From IMG/VR virus record IMGVR_UViG_3300020469_000101, positions 1-39,537 of that record: DNA of 39,537 nt. One strand, written 5' to 3'. Source of the stretch: a virus. Lineage: Duplodnaviria > Caudoviricetes. Below the pieces are notes generated by a model. It made no database searches and was not told the origin of the DNA. It saw only the letters and a program-made list of their open reading frames with translations. Shown piece by piece: positions 18,501 to 28,677 of this stretch. Numbering within the stretch: position 1 is the first letter of the stretch; each line of letters opens with the position of its first letter. A program made the translations under genes and the position numbers.

Positions 18501-19198
18501 AAATTTTTGTAGGATACGATACCAGAGAAGACATTGCTTACCAAGTATGTAAGCACAGCATTGAATCACTATGCCCAACAGCAGAAGTAATTCCTTTAAA
18601 GCAAAACGAGTTAAGGAATGACAAGTTGTATTGGAGAGGTGAAGACAAACTTGCTTCAACAGAATTTACATTTACACGTTTCCTTATCCCACACTTAATG
18701 AATTACAATGGCTGGGCATTGTTTATTGATAGCGACATTGTGTTTACAGAAAATGTAAAAAACTTATTTGATCTTGCAGACGACAAGTATGCTGTTATGT
18801 GTGCCCAACACGATTATACACCCAAGCCTGGAACAAAGATGGACGGACAAGTACAAACACAATACCCACGTAAGAACTGGTCAAGTGTTGTGTTATGGAA
18901 TTGTGGACACCCAAGTAATCAAGCAGTAACAATTGACAGTGTAAACAATCCTAACTACGATGGAAAATACTTTCACAGATTTAGTTGGCTCAAGGACGAA
19001 GAAGTAGGACAAATCAGTCACGAATGGAACTGGCTTGTTGACTGGTACCAAGAACCTGAAGACGGAACCCCAAGAGCATTACACTACACAGAAGGCGGTC
19101 CTTGGTTTGAAAATTACAGACACTGCGACTATGGTGATGTTTGGAAAAAATATCTAACAGATATGATGTACACAAATGACGATACAGGAAAAAATTAA
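18497..19198 (+). CDS. GT-A glycosyltransferase (GT8-related)
   Basis: IFVGYD, STEFTFTRFL, DxD (FIDSD), YPRKNWSS, EWNWL, HYTEGGPW. Confidence 0.85.
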   Translation: MKIFVGYDTREDIAYQVCKHSIESLCPTAEVIPLKQNELRNDKLYWRGEDKLASTEFTFTRFLIPHLMNYNGWALFIDSDIVFTENVKNLFDLADDKYAVMCAQHDYTPKPGTKMDGQVQTQYPRKNWSSVVLWNCGHPSNQAVTIDSVNNPNYDGKYFHRFSWLKDEEVGQISHEWNWLVDWYQEPEDGTPRALHYTEGGPWFENYRHCDYGDVWKKYLTDMMYTNDDTGKN

Positions 19199-19652
19199 AG
19201 ACTGGGCATTCGGTCAGTTATCAAATGTGAGTGAACAGTTTAATAATCTATCTCCATGTCCATACGCAAAAGCAACTTTTGTAAATGATAAAATATCATT
19301 TGTAGAATCAGACCATAAAGATTTTTTAGATACAGTTACGCAAGAGATAGAAAAGTTTGACGGAACTAAAGACGTTGTTATTGTGTATTCTGTACACAAT
19401 CCATTTGGCTTAGACTATCTTGAAGGAACTATTGAAGGCTTAAATTTTATGTTGAACAAGCGTGGCAAAGACATTTGGCTTTTAGGATTTCATGATGAAT
19501 GGACAATGATATTCATACAAAAGATTACAAAACTTGATGATGCCAGTATCGAGTTAGAAAAGAAAGGTTACTACAATAACTATAATAAAGAACAATATTA
19601 CCACTACGTAAGTAAACGAAGGAAATTAAGAAATAGATATGATGCTGAATAA
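19176..19652 (+). CDS. Hypothetical protein with CPYA motif
   Basis: 158 aa; N-terminal PCPYAK reminiscent of DUF1415-like proteins; coupled in operon. Confidence 0.6.
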   Translation: MTIQEKIKDWAFGQLSNVSEQFNNLSPCPYAKATFVNDKISFVESDHKDFLDTVTQEIEKFDGTKDVVIVYSVHNPFGLDYLEGTIEGLNFMLNKRGKDIWLLGFHDEWTMIFIQKITKLDDASIELEKKGYYNNYNKEQYYHYVSKRRKLRNRYDAE

Positions 19653-20460
19653 AAGACCAAAATGTTTTGTAACAGATACTACTGATGAAATTGTTAAATG
19701 TCTAACAGAATCTTTTTCTGTTATAGAACCCACAGGACATAAAGTTCTTTTAAACGATTCCTCAGACACTCCTCTTGTTATTAGGGGTATGACTGAACGT
19801 AAGGTTATACAAGTAGCAGAAAAACAAAACCGTGATTATTTTTATATTGATACAGGGTATATGGGCAATCTACATAAGCGTAAAGATTTTCATCGTGTAG
19901 TTAAGAACAACGTGCAACATATGAAGCCACGCTACGATCTTCCAGATGATAGATTTAAGCAGATACCACTGTCAATGAGTAGTATTAGATTTAGAGGTTG
20001 GCGCAGAGCTGACGGCCCTATTCTTGTTGTTACTCCATCAGCAAAGCCTTGTAACTTTTATAACATTGATAGAGATACTTGGGTAGAAGAAACATTATCA
20101 GAGATTAAAAAATATACTGATAGAGAAATTATTATTAGAGATAAAGGGTTACGTAGAGAACGTGTAGGTGACTTTAGTGTACCTATGCAACTTGTGAATG
20201 ACAATATACATTGTGTTGTAACATACAATAGTATTGCGGCAACCGAAGCAATTAGTACAGGAGTTCCTGCGGTAGCACTTGCTCCAGGTGCGGCTGATGA
20301 GTTATGTACAAAGACGATTGCTGAAGTAGAAAGTCCTTATTATCCAGACGAAGAAAAAGTTTTACAGTGGCAAAATTGGTTAGCATATTGTAACTACACG
20401 ACAACAGAACTGCGTAACGGCAGGGCATTAGATATTGTAGAGGAGTTTAATCTGTGTTAA
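19639..20460 (+). CDS. Putative GT-B glycosyltransferase (KpsS/KpsC-like), paralog 2
   Basis: YIDTGY, IIIRDK, VVTYNSIAATEAISTGVP, LAYCNYTTTELRNG. Confidence 0.55.
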   Translation: MMLNKRPKCFVTDTTDEIVKCLTESFSVIEPTGHKVLLNDSSDTPLVIRGMTERKVIQVAEKQNRDYFYIDTGYMGNLHKRKDFHRVVKNNVQHMKPRYDLPDDRFKQIPLSMSSIRFRGWRRADGPILVVTPSAKPCNFYNIDRDTWVEETLSEIKKYTDREIIIRDKGLRRERVGDFSVPMQLVNDNIHCVVTYNSIAATEAISTGVPAVALAPGAADELCTKTIAEVESPYYPDEEKVLQWQNWLAYCNYTTTELRNGRALDIVEEFNLC

Positions 20461-21380
20461 CAGTTGCATCATACATGAAAGTAATTCCGCCTGGGAATTC
20501 AAATCCAGAAAAACCAGCACTACTTAAAAATTTTATTCAAGGTGTAAATCTTGTAGGAGATAGAGGATTAATTGTCGACTCTTATCATCCTATAGACACA
20601 GACGTTGCAGTGATACAAGGCTTTGTACATGCTAACAGTAAACAAACACCACACTTAAAATTACGTAGACAAGTTTATGACAATCAATTAAAACGTGGAA
20701 AGCGTTGTATTATTGTTGACAGTAATTTGTTTCTTGCATTTGATAAAAACAACAGTAACACATATCTCCGCTACAGTTATGATGGTATATTTGCCAACAC
20801 AGGCGAGTACTGTAACGCCCCAGAACATGTTGACAAAGTGCGTTGGCAGAAAATGAAAAACCAATTAAAGATAGAAGTTAAGCCTTGGAGAATACAAAAC
20901 AGTGGACATATTTTAGTTTGTTGCCAACGTAATAACGGTTGGAGTATGCAGGGACAAAATGTATTGCAATGGTTACGACAAACAGTTGAACGTATTAGAG
21001 AACATATAGATGCTCCTATTATTGTAAGATTTCATCCAGGTGACAAGCACAAAGATACGTATGAGCCACAGATACGAGATCTAAATGTTAGCGTTAGTCA
21101 TAGTAAATCTATATTTGATGATTTACAAGGAGCAAGAATATGTGTTGGACATAATAGTAGTCCAACTATCATTGCCGCTATTCAAGGTGTTCCTATTTTC
21201 TTAACAGACCCGGGACGTAGTCAAGCAAAAGATGTTGCTAACTACAATTTTAAATATCTATCACAACCAGAAGAATTTGATAGAGGACCATGGCTTGAGA
21301 AACTTGCACAATGTCATTGGACACTTGAAGAACTTAAAGATGGTAGTTGCTGGAAACACATGAGGAAGTATATACAATGA
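20454..21380 (+). CDS. Putative GT-B glycosyltransferase (KpsS/KpsC-like), paralog 3
   Basis: ILVCCQ, VRFHP, VGHNSSPTIIAAIQGVP, LAQCHWTLEELKDG. Confidence 0.6.
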   Translation: MLTVASYMKVIPPGNSNPEKPALLKNFIQGVNLVGDRGLIVDSYHPIDTDVAVIQGFVHANSKQTPHLKLRRQVYDNQLKRGKRCIIVDSNLFLAFDKNNSNTYLRYSYDGIFANTGEYCNAPEHVDKVRWQKMKNQLKIEVKPWRIQNSGHILVCCQRNNGWSMQGQNVLQWLRQTVERIREHIDAPIIVRFHPGDKHKDTYEPQIRDLNVSVSHSKSIFDDLQGARICVGHNSSPTIIAAIQGVPIFLTDPGRSQAKDVANYNFKYLSQPEEFDRGPWLEKLAQCHWTLEELKDGSCWKHMRKYIQ

Positions 21381-22201
21381 AAGTATTAGCAATAACAACA
21401 TTCCATCAAGAAGGTCTGGAGTTATACGGACAACGTTTTATAGATACGTTTGCACAAAACGTAGACAAGCAGATTGATTTAGTTGTTTACACAGAAGATT
21501 GCACACCTACCAATCCACAACCAGATAGAATTCAAATAGTTGATGCAAAGCAAGTATTACCAAAATTAAATGCATTCAAAGAAAAATGGGGAAGTGTAGA
21601 TAAAGCAAACGGAATATGTCCTCCAGATATTAAAGCAAGACGACCACGCGACTGGCACAAGAAGTTTAAGTGGGACGCTATTAGGTTTGCAAACAAAGTG
21701 TATGCAGTGTATGATGCTTGTACACAAACACAATACGATTTAGTAATATGGATTGACGGCGATACTGTTTGTCATAGTCCAATCACACAAGACAAACTTG
21801 TAAGTTTCTTTCCAGAACAAAACTGGTTAGCGTATTTAGGACGTGGCAAGAAATGGCCTGAGTGTGGATTTTATGGTTTGTATATTAATCAACAAGGTGC
21901 TATTGATTTTCTCAAAGAATTTGAACGTGTGTATGAAGACGCTGACAATGGTATCTTTACAATGGAAGAATGGCACGACAGTTATGTATTCGATGAAGTA
22001 CTAAAGAAGATTAGAGTACAACATCCTAACATTACAGACCTAAGTGGACATCTTGTTAAAGGTGAAGGACATCCTTTGATTAATACAGAACTTGGTGCAT
22101 ACTTTGATCATCTTAAAGGTGCTCGTAAAAATGTAGGTAAAAGTAAACTACAAGATTTATTTAAAGTACGCAAAGAAGAATACTGGAAAGATGCCAAGTG
22201 A
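21377..22201 (+). CDS. GT-A glycosyltransferase/nucleotide-diphospho-sugar transferase
   Basis: RFANKVYA, WIDGD (DxD), ECGF, WHDSYVF, DHLKG; ATGA overlap places the start at 21377. Confidence 0.75.
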   Translation: MKVLAITTFHQEGLELYGQRFIDTFAQNVDKQIDLVVYTEDCTPTNPQPDRIQIVDAKQVLPKLNAFKEKWGSVDKANGICPPDIKARRPRDWHKKFKWDAIRFANKVYAVYDACTQTQYDLVIWIDGDTVCHSPITQDKLVSFFPEQNWLAYLGRGKKWPECGFYGLYINQQGAIDFLKEFERVYEDADNGIFTMEEWHDSYVFDEVLKKIRVQHPNITDLSGHLVKGEGHPLINTELGAYFDHLKGARKNVGKSKLQDLFKVRKEEYWKDAK

Positions 22202-23028
22202 AGTTTGGTTTGTTTACACACAATGGTGCATTAAATTCAAAGCCTGTCTTTGAAGCATTTGCTAATGGTGTAGCACATCTGGGACACGAAGTTGTGTACA
22301 ATGACATCAATGCCGATGTTGCTGTTATATGGAGTGTACTATGGCATGGTAGAATGTCAGCAAACAAAAACGTGTGGGACACATTTATAAAACAAAATAA
22401 AAAAGTTATTGTACTTGAAGTAGGTGCATTGTTTAGAGGCACTACATGGAAGGTAGGCATTAATGGTATTAACAAAGATGCTACATTTCCTAAAGGCAAT
22501 AATAATTCTGACCGTGCTACACAGTTTGGACTTGAACTTAAACCATGGAACACTGACGGCAGTAAGATTGTAATTTGTACTCAGCATGATAAAAGCGAAC
22601 AATGGACTAACATGCCTACTATCAATCAATGGGTAGGTAACATGGTAAACGACATACGAGCATATACGGACAAAGAAATAATTATCCGACCACACCCACG
22701 TTGTAAAATTAACATTCCGGGCGTTAGAACCATAATACCAAAACAAATACCAGGCACATATGATGATTTTGATTTAGAGTTTGATGATGTATATGCTGTA
22801 GTAAATTGGTCAAGTAATCCTGCAACTCAAGCAGTGATGGCTGGCATACCTGTATACACTGGACCAAGTAGCCTTGCATGGGACGTTAGTATAAAAGATT
22901 TACAAAATATAAACGATCCTAAACTGCATGATAGAACACAGTGGCTCAACAATTTGGCATACACAGAATGGAGTGTGCCGGAAATATCTCAAGGAATCCC
23001 AATAAAACACTTGACTTCTGAATTATAA
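22198..23028 (+). CDS. Putative GT-B glycosyltransferase (KpsS/KpsC-like), paralog 4
   Basis: IVICTQHDKS, IRPHP, VVNWSSNPATQAVMAGIP, LAYTEWSVPEISQG. Confidence 0.6.
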   Translation: MKFGLFTHNGALNSKPVFEAFANGVAHLGHEVVYNDINADVAVIWSVLWHGRMSANKNVWDTFIKQNKKVIVLEVGALFRGTTWKVGINGINKDATFPKGNNNSDRATQFGLELKPWNTDGSKIVICTQHDKSEQWTNMPTINQWVGNMVNDIRAYTDKEIIIRPHPRCKINIPGVRTIIPKQIPGTYDDFDLEFDDVYAVVNWSSNPATQAVMAGIPVYTGPSSLAWDVSIKDLQNINDPKLHDRTQWLNNLAYTEWSVPEISQGIPIKHLTSEL

Positions 23029-23039
23029 TACTGTATAAT
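23011..23039 (+). promoter_or_regulatory. Sigma70-type early promoter
   Basis: TTGACT(23011-16)-N17-TATAAT(23034-39), upstream of the uvsW operon. Confidence 0.85.
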
Positions 23040-23064
23040 GCTATTATAAGTTTAGGAATCACAA

Positions 23065-24327
23065 ATGAACCACGATTACAAAATTGAAGATTTATTAGAA
23101 GCACTTGTAGGATTAACAGTCCTGCCGGGTAAGCATTGGAAAGATAAATGCTTTCAATTACATGTTGACAACTCAAAAGTATTAAACAGTATTGGACATC
23201 AAGTGTTCAAAGGTTCTGCACTAACACAAAAGCAACATGCACTTGTTAAGAAATTACTGCTTGAGTATTACACTGAACAGTTTACAGAACAAGGTATTGA
23301 TATCACTAAACACGTTGATCAAATTAGAGAGCCTTATAGAAATGTAGACAAAAGTCATTGGGTTAAGTTTACACCAACTTCAAACGGTACCTTTGTAAGC
23401 ATTAGATTTCCTTTTAGTAATCAAGTTATTGAACACCTTAACGATCTTAAAAATAATGATCTAAGTAAAGATGAATACTTCTATGAAAAACATACGCACA
23501 ACTTTTTGGCAACTGAACAGAATGTTTATAAAGTTGTAACTATTGCAAATAAATTTAAAGAACAGTTTGATGTTGACACAGACGTACAATTATATTATAA
23601 TGAACTTGTAGAATTTACTATGAATAAAGATAAGATTATTCCAGGCATATATGAAAATGAATTTAAAAATATGAGTAGTAGTTTAGCAGAAAAGTTGTCA
23701 GCAAGATATAATAACCCTAACGAGTCACTACTTGAACTTTGGGATAGACGTTACTTGTACGGACTACATCGTTTTCCAGACTTTACATTCCCCCAGGATC
23801 TTACAACGTTGACACACAAGTTATTAGATAGAAAAAATAGTTCAGTGTTTATTAGATCAACAGAATGGACATTGAATCAAGTATTAGAATCGTTAAATGA
23901 ACTAAACAGGTTTCCGTGTATTATGCTCATTGATCCTGACGTGGCATCTGATCATTTAAGTATGATTTATAATGCATGTAACGGGTTTTTAGCAAACGAA
24001 GAAATATCCGTTATGTTTAGATTGGACAACAAGACCAATGGTGAATTTAACCAATTCATCAGGGATAAGGGATTAAATAATAATATAAGCAGTAAGACAA
24101 GACTTGTCGTTGCTAATCGTAAGAAGATAACAAAGCCTATTATAAAGTCTAATTGGGAACCAGTATGTGTACTATCACTTGGTGACTCAAGAGGTTCACA
24201 CTCATACGCAAGAGAGTACGTAGAAAGATTTGATTTGAAATTATTTTGGACAGTAGAAGACAGTATGATATCAACATACACAAGACACCGTGACACAACA
24301 TACACAACAGGAGTGCAGACTATATGA
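23065..24327 (+). CDS. Hypothetical protein coupled to uvsW
   Basis: 420 aa, AGGA SD, ATGA overlap with the helicase; no recognisable motif. Confidence 0.8.
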   Translation: MNHDYKIEDLLEALVGLTVLPGKHWKDKCFQLHVDNSKVLNSIGHQVFKGSALTQKQHALVKKLLLEYYTEQFTEQGIDITKHVDQIREPYRNVDKSHWVKFTPTSNGTFVSIRFPFSNQVIEHLNDLKNNDLSKDEYFYEKHTHNFLATEQNVYKVVTIANKFKEQFDVDTDVQLYYNELVEFTMNKDKIIPGIYENEFKNMSSSLAEKLSARYNNPNESLLELWDRRYLYGLHRFPDFTFPQDLTTLTHKLLDRKNSSVFIRSTEWTLNQVLESLNELNRFPCIMLIDPDVASDHLSMIYNACNGFLANEEISVMFRLDNKTNGEFNQFIRDKGLNNNISSKTRLVVANRKKITKPIIKSNWEPVCVLSLGDSRGSHSYAREYVERFDLKLFWTVEDSMISTYTRHRDTTYTTGVQTI

Positions 24328-25784
24328 GCAGTTGTAGAATAGTAATACACGATGAAGTTAACTTTAAAGTTGAAAACTTGTCTGTTGATGTACGTAGAAA
24401 GATTGCGAATAAGTTAAAGTTTCAAGTTCCGTATGCACGTTACTTGCCACAATACAAGTTAGGTCGTTGGGACGGAACTGTAGGATTCTTTGGCTTAGGC
24501 GGCAGTGGTTACATTAATCATCTTGATGTTGTACTGCAAGTATTAAATGAACAAGGTGTTGAAGTTGCAGAAATTACAGACAACAGAGAAACACACAATT
24601 TAAAATTTAGTAAGATCGATGAAAACTATTTTGCGGCAAAGAGTTGGCCTAAGGGACATCCAGCAGAAGGTGAACCTATTGTATTACGTGACTATCAAGT
24701 AGAAACAATTAACAACTTCTTAGATAATCCACAAGCACTACAAGAGGTTGCAACTGGTGCAGGTAAAACTATTATTACTGCTTGTCTATCACACATTACA
24801 GAGAAACTTGGTCGGACGTTAGTTATTGTTCCTAACAAATCACTTGTTACACAAACAGAAGAAGACTATGTTAACTGTGGATTAGACGTAGGTGTATACT
24901 TTGGTGATAGAAAAGAATTAGGTAGAACACATACTATTTGTACTTGGCAAAGTTTAAACATACTTGACAAACGTAACAAAGATGGACAAAGTGTTTTAAG
25001 TCTTGCAGAGTTTTTAGATGATGTAAAAACTATTATTATTGACGAAGTACACCAAGCAAAAGCAGAAGTACTTAAGAAACTACTAACACAAAATTTAAAG
25101 AATGCTCCGTTACGTTGGGGACTAACAGGAACAATACCTAAGGAACAATTTGAGTTTCAAAGTATTCTTGCAAGTTTAGGTCCTGTCATTGGTAACATCA
25201 GTGCAAAAGAATTACAAGACAAAGGTGTATTGAGTAAGTGTCATGTTAATGTATTACAAATGATTGACACACAAGTACACAGGGATTATCAAAGCGAACT
25301 AAAATATCTAACAACAGACGAAGGTCGTTTAGAATATATTGGTAAGTTAGTAGGCACAGTTTCAGAATCAGGTAACACACTGATACTTGTTGATAGAATA
25401 TCAGCAGGTGAAAAATTATTAAGTCTTCTTCCAGAGGCAGTGTTCGTCAAAGGCGATGTTAAACTTGCAGATAGAAAAGACGCATACGATGAAATTAAAG
25501 AAGGTACGAACAAAATTATTATTGCAACATATGGTGTTGCGGCTGTGGGTATTAACATACCACGTATCTTTAATTTAATACTACTCGAGCCAGGCAAGAG
25601 TTTTGTCCGAGTGATTCAATCAATTGGCAGAGGCATACGAAAGGCACAAGACAAGGACTTTGTACAGATATGGGACATTACGTCCACATGCAAATATGCA
25701 AAGAGACATTTAACATCACGTAAGAAGTTTTACAAAGAAGCAGAATATCCGTTTACGATTGAAAAAGTAGATTGGCAAAAATAA
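24324..25784 (+). CDS. uvsW: SF2 DNA helicase UvsW
   Basis: LRDYQ, ATGAGKT, DEVH, GLTGT, GINIP, QSIGRGIR motifs. Confidence 0.93.
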   Translation: MSSCRIVIHDEVNFKVENLSVDVRRKIANKLKFQVPYARYLPQYKLGRWDGTVGFFGLGGSGYINHLDVVLQVLNEQGVEVAEITDNRETHNLKFSKIDENYFAAKSWPKGHPAEGEPIVLRDYQVETINNFLDNPQALQEVATGAGKTIITACLSHITEKLGRTLVIVPNKSLVTQTEEDYVNCGLDVGVYFGDRKELGRTHTICTWQSLNILDKRNKDGQSVLSLAEFLDDVKTIIIDEVHQAKAEVLKKLLTQNLKNAPLRWGLTGTIPKEQFEFQSILASLGPVIGNISAKELQDKGVLSKCHVNVLQMIDTQVHRDYQSELKYLTTDEGRLEYIGKLVGTVSESGNTLILVDRISAGEKLLSLLPEAVFVKGDVKLADRKDAYDEIKEGTNKIIIATYGVAAVGINIPRIFNLILLEPGKSFVRVIQSIGRGIRKAQDKDFVQIWDITSTCKYAKRHLTSRKKFYKEAEYPFTIEKVDWQK

Positions 25785-25794
25785 AGGAAACTAC

Positions 25795-26301
25795 ATGAAT
25801 ATATTAACATTAGATAATAAAGCCTTTTCACTTAACAACCTGCCAGAACAGATTGAAGAAGATATTAGATTCAGTGTATTAGATAATGCGGATCCAAAAA
25901 ATCCGGATTTCTTTTTTATACCTCTAATATTTTTAGAAAGTTTTAGTTCTCCGGCGATTGTTATGGAGATTAATGGTAAAGAAATTAGTATGCCACTTGA
26001 CTGGCATATTGCAGTAGGAGACTCCGAGACTGGAAACGATCTCGAGATTCTACCACTAACAAGTATTAACGACAGAGGATTTGAAGCATTTGTTTTTAAT
26101 CCACTAAAGAGTTACAAGCCAGACTTTGGAAGTTTAAAAGTTACAAACTTCTATAATGATGTTAAATGGCATGTACCTAAAACTAAGAACGGACAATTAT
26201 TAAGTGTACCAATTGAAGACGGACCTAATCCATTGTGTGCATTTTTTATTAAAGATGTATCAAGACAAATTGAAACAATTGACTATGGAGAACTATTTTA
26301 A
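25795..26301 (+). CDS. Hypothetical beta-rich protein
   Basis: 168 aa, AAGGA SD, directly after uvsW. Confidence 0.8.
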   Translation: MNILTLDNKAFSLNNLPEQIEEDIRFSVLDNADPKNPDFFFIPLIFLESFSSPAIVMEINGKEISMPLDWHIAVGDSETGNDLEILPLTSINDRGFEAFVFNPLKSYKPDFGSLKVTNFYNDVKWHVPKTKNGQLLSVPIEDGPNPLCAFFIKDVSRQIETIDYGELF

Positions 26302-26483
26302 TGAATGCATTTGTAGTGTATGTTTGGATGACTGTGGCGTATATGCCATGGGATATTGTTAAGGTGGGCGAGTTCGCAAACTGTGAGCAAGGTATTGCTA
26401 CAGCAAATAATTTATATCCGGGATACGTAGCACTACATTGTATCACACCTGACTTGGTACCTCCTGGAGGTTTTCCTGAATGA
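26301..26483 (+). CDS. Small hypothetical protein with hydrophobic N-terminus
   Basis: 60 aa; TAATG and ATGA overlaps with neighbours; two Cys. Confidence 0.65.
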   Translation: MNAFVVYVWMTVAYMPWDIVKVGEFANCEQGIATANNLYPGYVALHCITPDLVPPGGFPE

Positions 26484-27004
26484 AGTTGTACTCTAAGCAT
26501 TATCAAAACCAATTAAGAAAGTTACACCAGCTCAAGTCAAGTTTTGGCAGTGCTGGAAAGTACAAAGGACTTAATGAATGGATTGATAAATGGTCACCTC
26601 AGAGTTTAACTGACTATGGTTGTGGTAAAGGAAACGTCATGAAAGAAATTGGTAAACGTTATCCTACATGCCACCTGCAAGGTTATGATCCAGGTGTGGT
26701 TGAATATAATCAAATACCTGAGTTCGCAACAGACTTGCTAATGTGTACAGATGTACTTGAACACATTGAGCCTGAAATGATTGACAATGTGTTACAACAT
26801 ATTAATACATTGTTTAAGAAGAGTGCATTCTTGTTAATTGATACAAGAGAAGCAATCAAAACATTACCGGATGGTCGTAACGCACATTTGATAATTGAAG
26901 GTAAGGATTGGTGGACTGAAAAAGTCACTAAGAACATAAAAGGAAATGTAGTAGTAAATGCACTTCAAAAACAACAAAAAATATTAATGGTGGTGGACAA
27001 GTGA
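26480..27004 (+). CDS. Class I SAM methyltransferase
   Basis: DYGCGKG, GYDP, CTDVLEHI, LPDGRNAHL. Confidence 0.85.
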   Translation: MKLYSKHYQNQLRKLHQLKSSFGSAGKYKGLNEWIDKWSPQSLTDYGCGKGNVMKEIGKRYPTCHLQGYDPGVVEYNQIPEFATDLLMCTDVLEHIEPEMIDNVLQHINTLFKKSAFLLIDTREAIKTLPDGRNAHLIIEGKDWWTEKVTKNIKGNVVVNALQKQQKILMVVDK

Positions 27005-27336
27005 ACCAAGCAGTAATGAGTATAAGAAATATTGATGGCAAGGTAGTAAAGGAAGACGATAGATATCTTGTAAGAGATAATACAGAATTAAATAATTTAG
27101 TTGTTAGTAGTACAAAACTTAAACCTAACAAAGCAACATCTGGTCATAAACATGATGGTCAGGAAGAAGTGTATATGTTTATTGAAGGCGACGGACACAT
27201 GACATTAGATGACAACCGCTTTCAAATTAGAGAAGGACAAATGGTCTTAATTGAAGATGGAGTATTTCACAAAGTAGAAGCAGGCGACAACGGTTGCTAC
27301 TTCGTTTGTGTATTCGATGGAAAGCGATATACGTAA
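27001..27336 (+). CDS. Cupin-domain protein
   Basis: GHKHDGQEEVYMFIEGDG and G.FHKV cupin motifs. Confidence 0.85.
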   Translation: MNQAVMSIRNIDGKVVKEDDRYLVRDNTELNNLVVSSTKLKPNKATSGHKHDGQEEVYMFIEGDGHMTLDDNRFQIREGQMVLIEDGVFHKVEAGDNGCYFVCVFDGKRYT

Positions 27337-27971
27337 TGGAATCTATTTTAATATCACCACAGTTAGTATATAAAGTTAACTGTCCAATAGACTTAACCCC
27401 TATTGCTGAACGTAGTGCAAAACTATTAGACACTATTGTTGATCAAGGCGAAGTAGAGCAAGATGGTGGTATTACAAGTACAGGACATCTTGATGCTCCA
27501 CACTTATGGGAAGAAACAAGACTATTGAACGGTTGGTTAAAAGGACAAGCAAATAAAGTTTTAGAAGCATGGGACTTGAACTACAACACATTTGGTATAA
27601 CAAAGAGTTGGGTCAACAGTCACTTTGAAGGTGCATGGACAGACACACACGATCACGGTGATAGTCATCTTGTTTGTAGTGTGTATATACAGCAACCAGA
27701 GAATGGTGGCAACTTAGAATTTGAAAATAAAGAAAGAACATTGTTTGCAGGCTATCCACGTTTCGCTCAAAATCAATCAAAACTTCATAACTACTTTACA
27801 GAGGTTGAAGTCAAACAGGGTGACGTAGTATTCTTTCCAGGCTGGTTAAGCCATAAGAGTCAACCAAATAAATCATTACAACGTAGAATTGTAATGGGAA
27901 TGAATTGGCACTGTGCGTTAGAACGTCCACAACAGTTAGACAACAACCATATAACGAGGCAAGATGTTTAG
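27336..27971 (+). CDS. Putative 2OG-Fe(II) oxygenase (HxH type)
   Basis: SWVN, HDH, SVYI, GGNLEF, FFPGWLSHKS.PN, RIVMGMN; TAATG overlap places the start at 27336. Confidence 0.8.
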   Translation: MESILISPQLVYKVNCPIDLTPIAERSAKLLDTIVDQGEVEQDGGITSTGHLDAPHLWEETRLLNGWLKGQANKVLEAWDLNYNTFGITKSWVNSHFEGAWTDTHDHGDSHLVCSVYIQQPENGGNLEFENKERTLFAGYPRFAQNQSKLHNYFTEVEVKQGDVVFFPGWLSHKSQPNKSLQRRIVMGMNWHCALERPQQLDNNHITRQDV

Positions 27972-28677
27972 TATTTTTAATAAGCCAAGCAAAATAACAT
28001 TAGATTGTTTTACTGATCAACGTATTATCTATGATGCGTATGAGCCCGAACTTGCCAAAGACACAATGCCTGATTGGTGGAAGAAGATGGCATCAACACG
28101 TAAGTTTGATAGCATGACATACCAAGGCTTAGACAATGCTACACTAAAACGTTGCCCACACGTAAACGAATTATTAACAACAGGCGTTATGTTTCCTGCC
28201 TGGATGCAGTTAAAAATTAAAACATTTGATCAACCTAATCAAGCAATGATCCAAACGTATCCAGAAGGCAGTCCTGTTATACCACACGACCCACAAGACT
28301 ATGCACACCACAAGCCAAACATGTTTCATGGTAAAGTAATGAGTCCGTGGCAGATAAGAGACACAAGCGGAACTAAATGGTTATGGACAAGTCCACAATG
28401 GCACATGACTAATCCAATAGAGTATTGGACAGTTCCTGCTATATCAGAGTTCAAGTATCAACACGCAACTATTGTTAACTTGATGGTACCATTCAACAGT
28501 GAACTAAACGTTGAGCCAGGTGATCCGTGGCTACACTTGGTGCCACTATCAGACAAACGGATCGAATTAAAAACACATTTGGTTTCTTCAGAAGAACTGA
28601 AAAAGATGAACAGTCTTATGATGGGCGTAGGAAGTTATTCACGTTTTATGAACCGAATGAAAAAGAAAGGAAAGTAA
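27964..28677 (+). CDS. Hypothetical protein
   Basis: 237 aa, Trp/Pro-rich; PDWWK, TLKRCP, K..SPW, GDP...LVP motifs. Confidence 0.75.
   Translation: MFSIFNKPSKITLDCFTDQRIIYDAYEPELAKDTMPDWWKKMASTRKFDSMTYQGLDNATLKRCPHVNELLTTGVMFPAWMQLKIKTFDQPNQAMIQTYPEGSPVIPHDPQDYAHHKPNMFHGKVMSPWQIRDTSGTKWLWTSPQWHMTNPIEYWTVPAISEFKYQHATIVNLMVPFNSELNVEPGDPWLHLVPLSDKRIELKTHLVSSEELKKMNSLMMGVGSYSRFMNRMKKKGK

Noticed and set aside
6902-23028. Interpretation as a bacterial LPS/capsule locus or prophage-host junction
   Set aside because: No flippase, ABC exporter, Wzy or housekeeping genes; contiguous and overlapping with phage core genes, with phage-type promoters and a PAAR gene inside.
25795-26301. Loose resemblance to an intein/Hint block B (GKEISMPLDWHI)
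   Set aside because: Free-standing ORF with no N-terminal Cys/Ser and no C-terminal His-Asn; the resemblance is too weak without a profile search.
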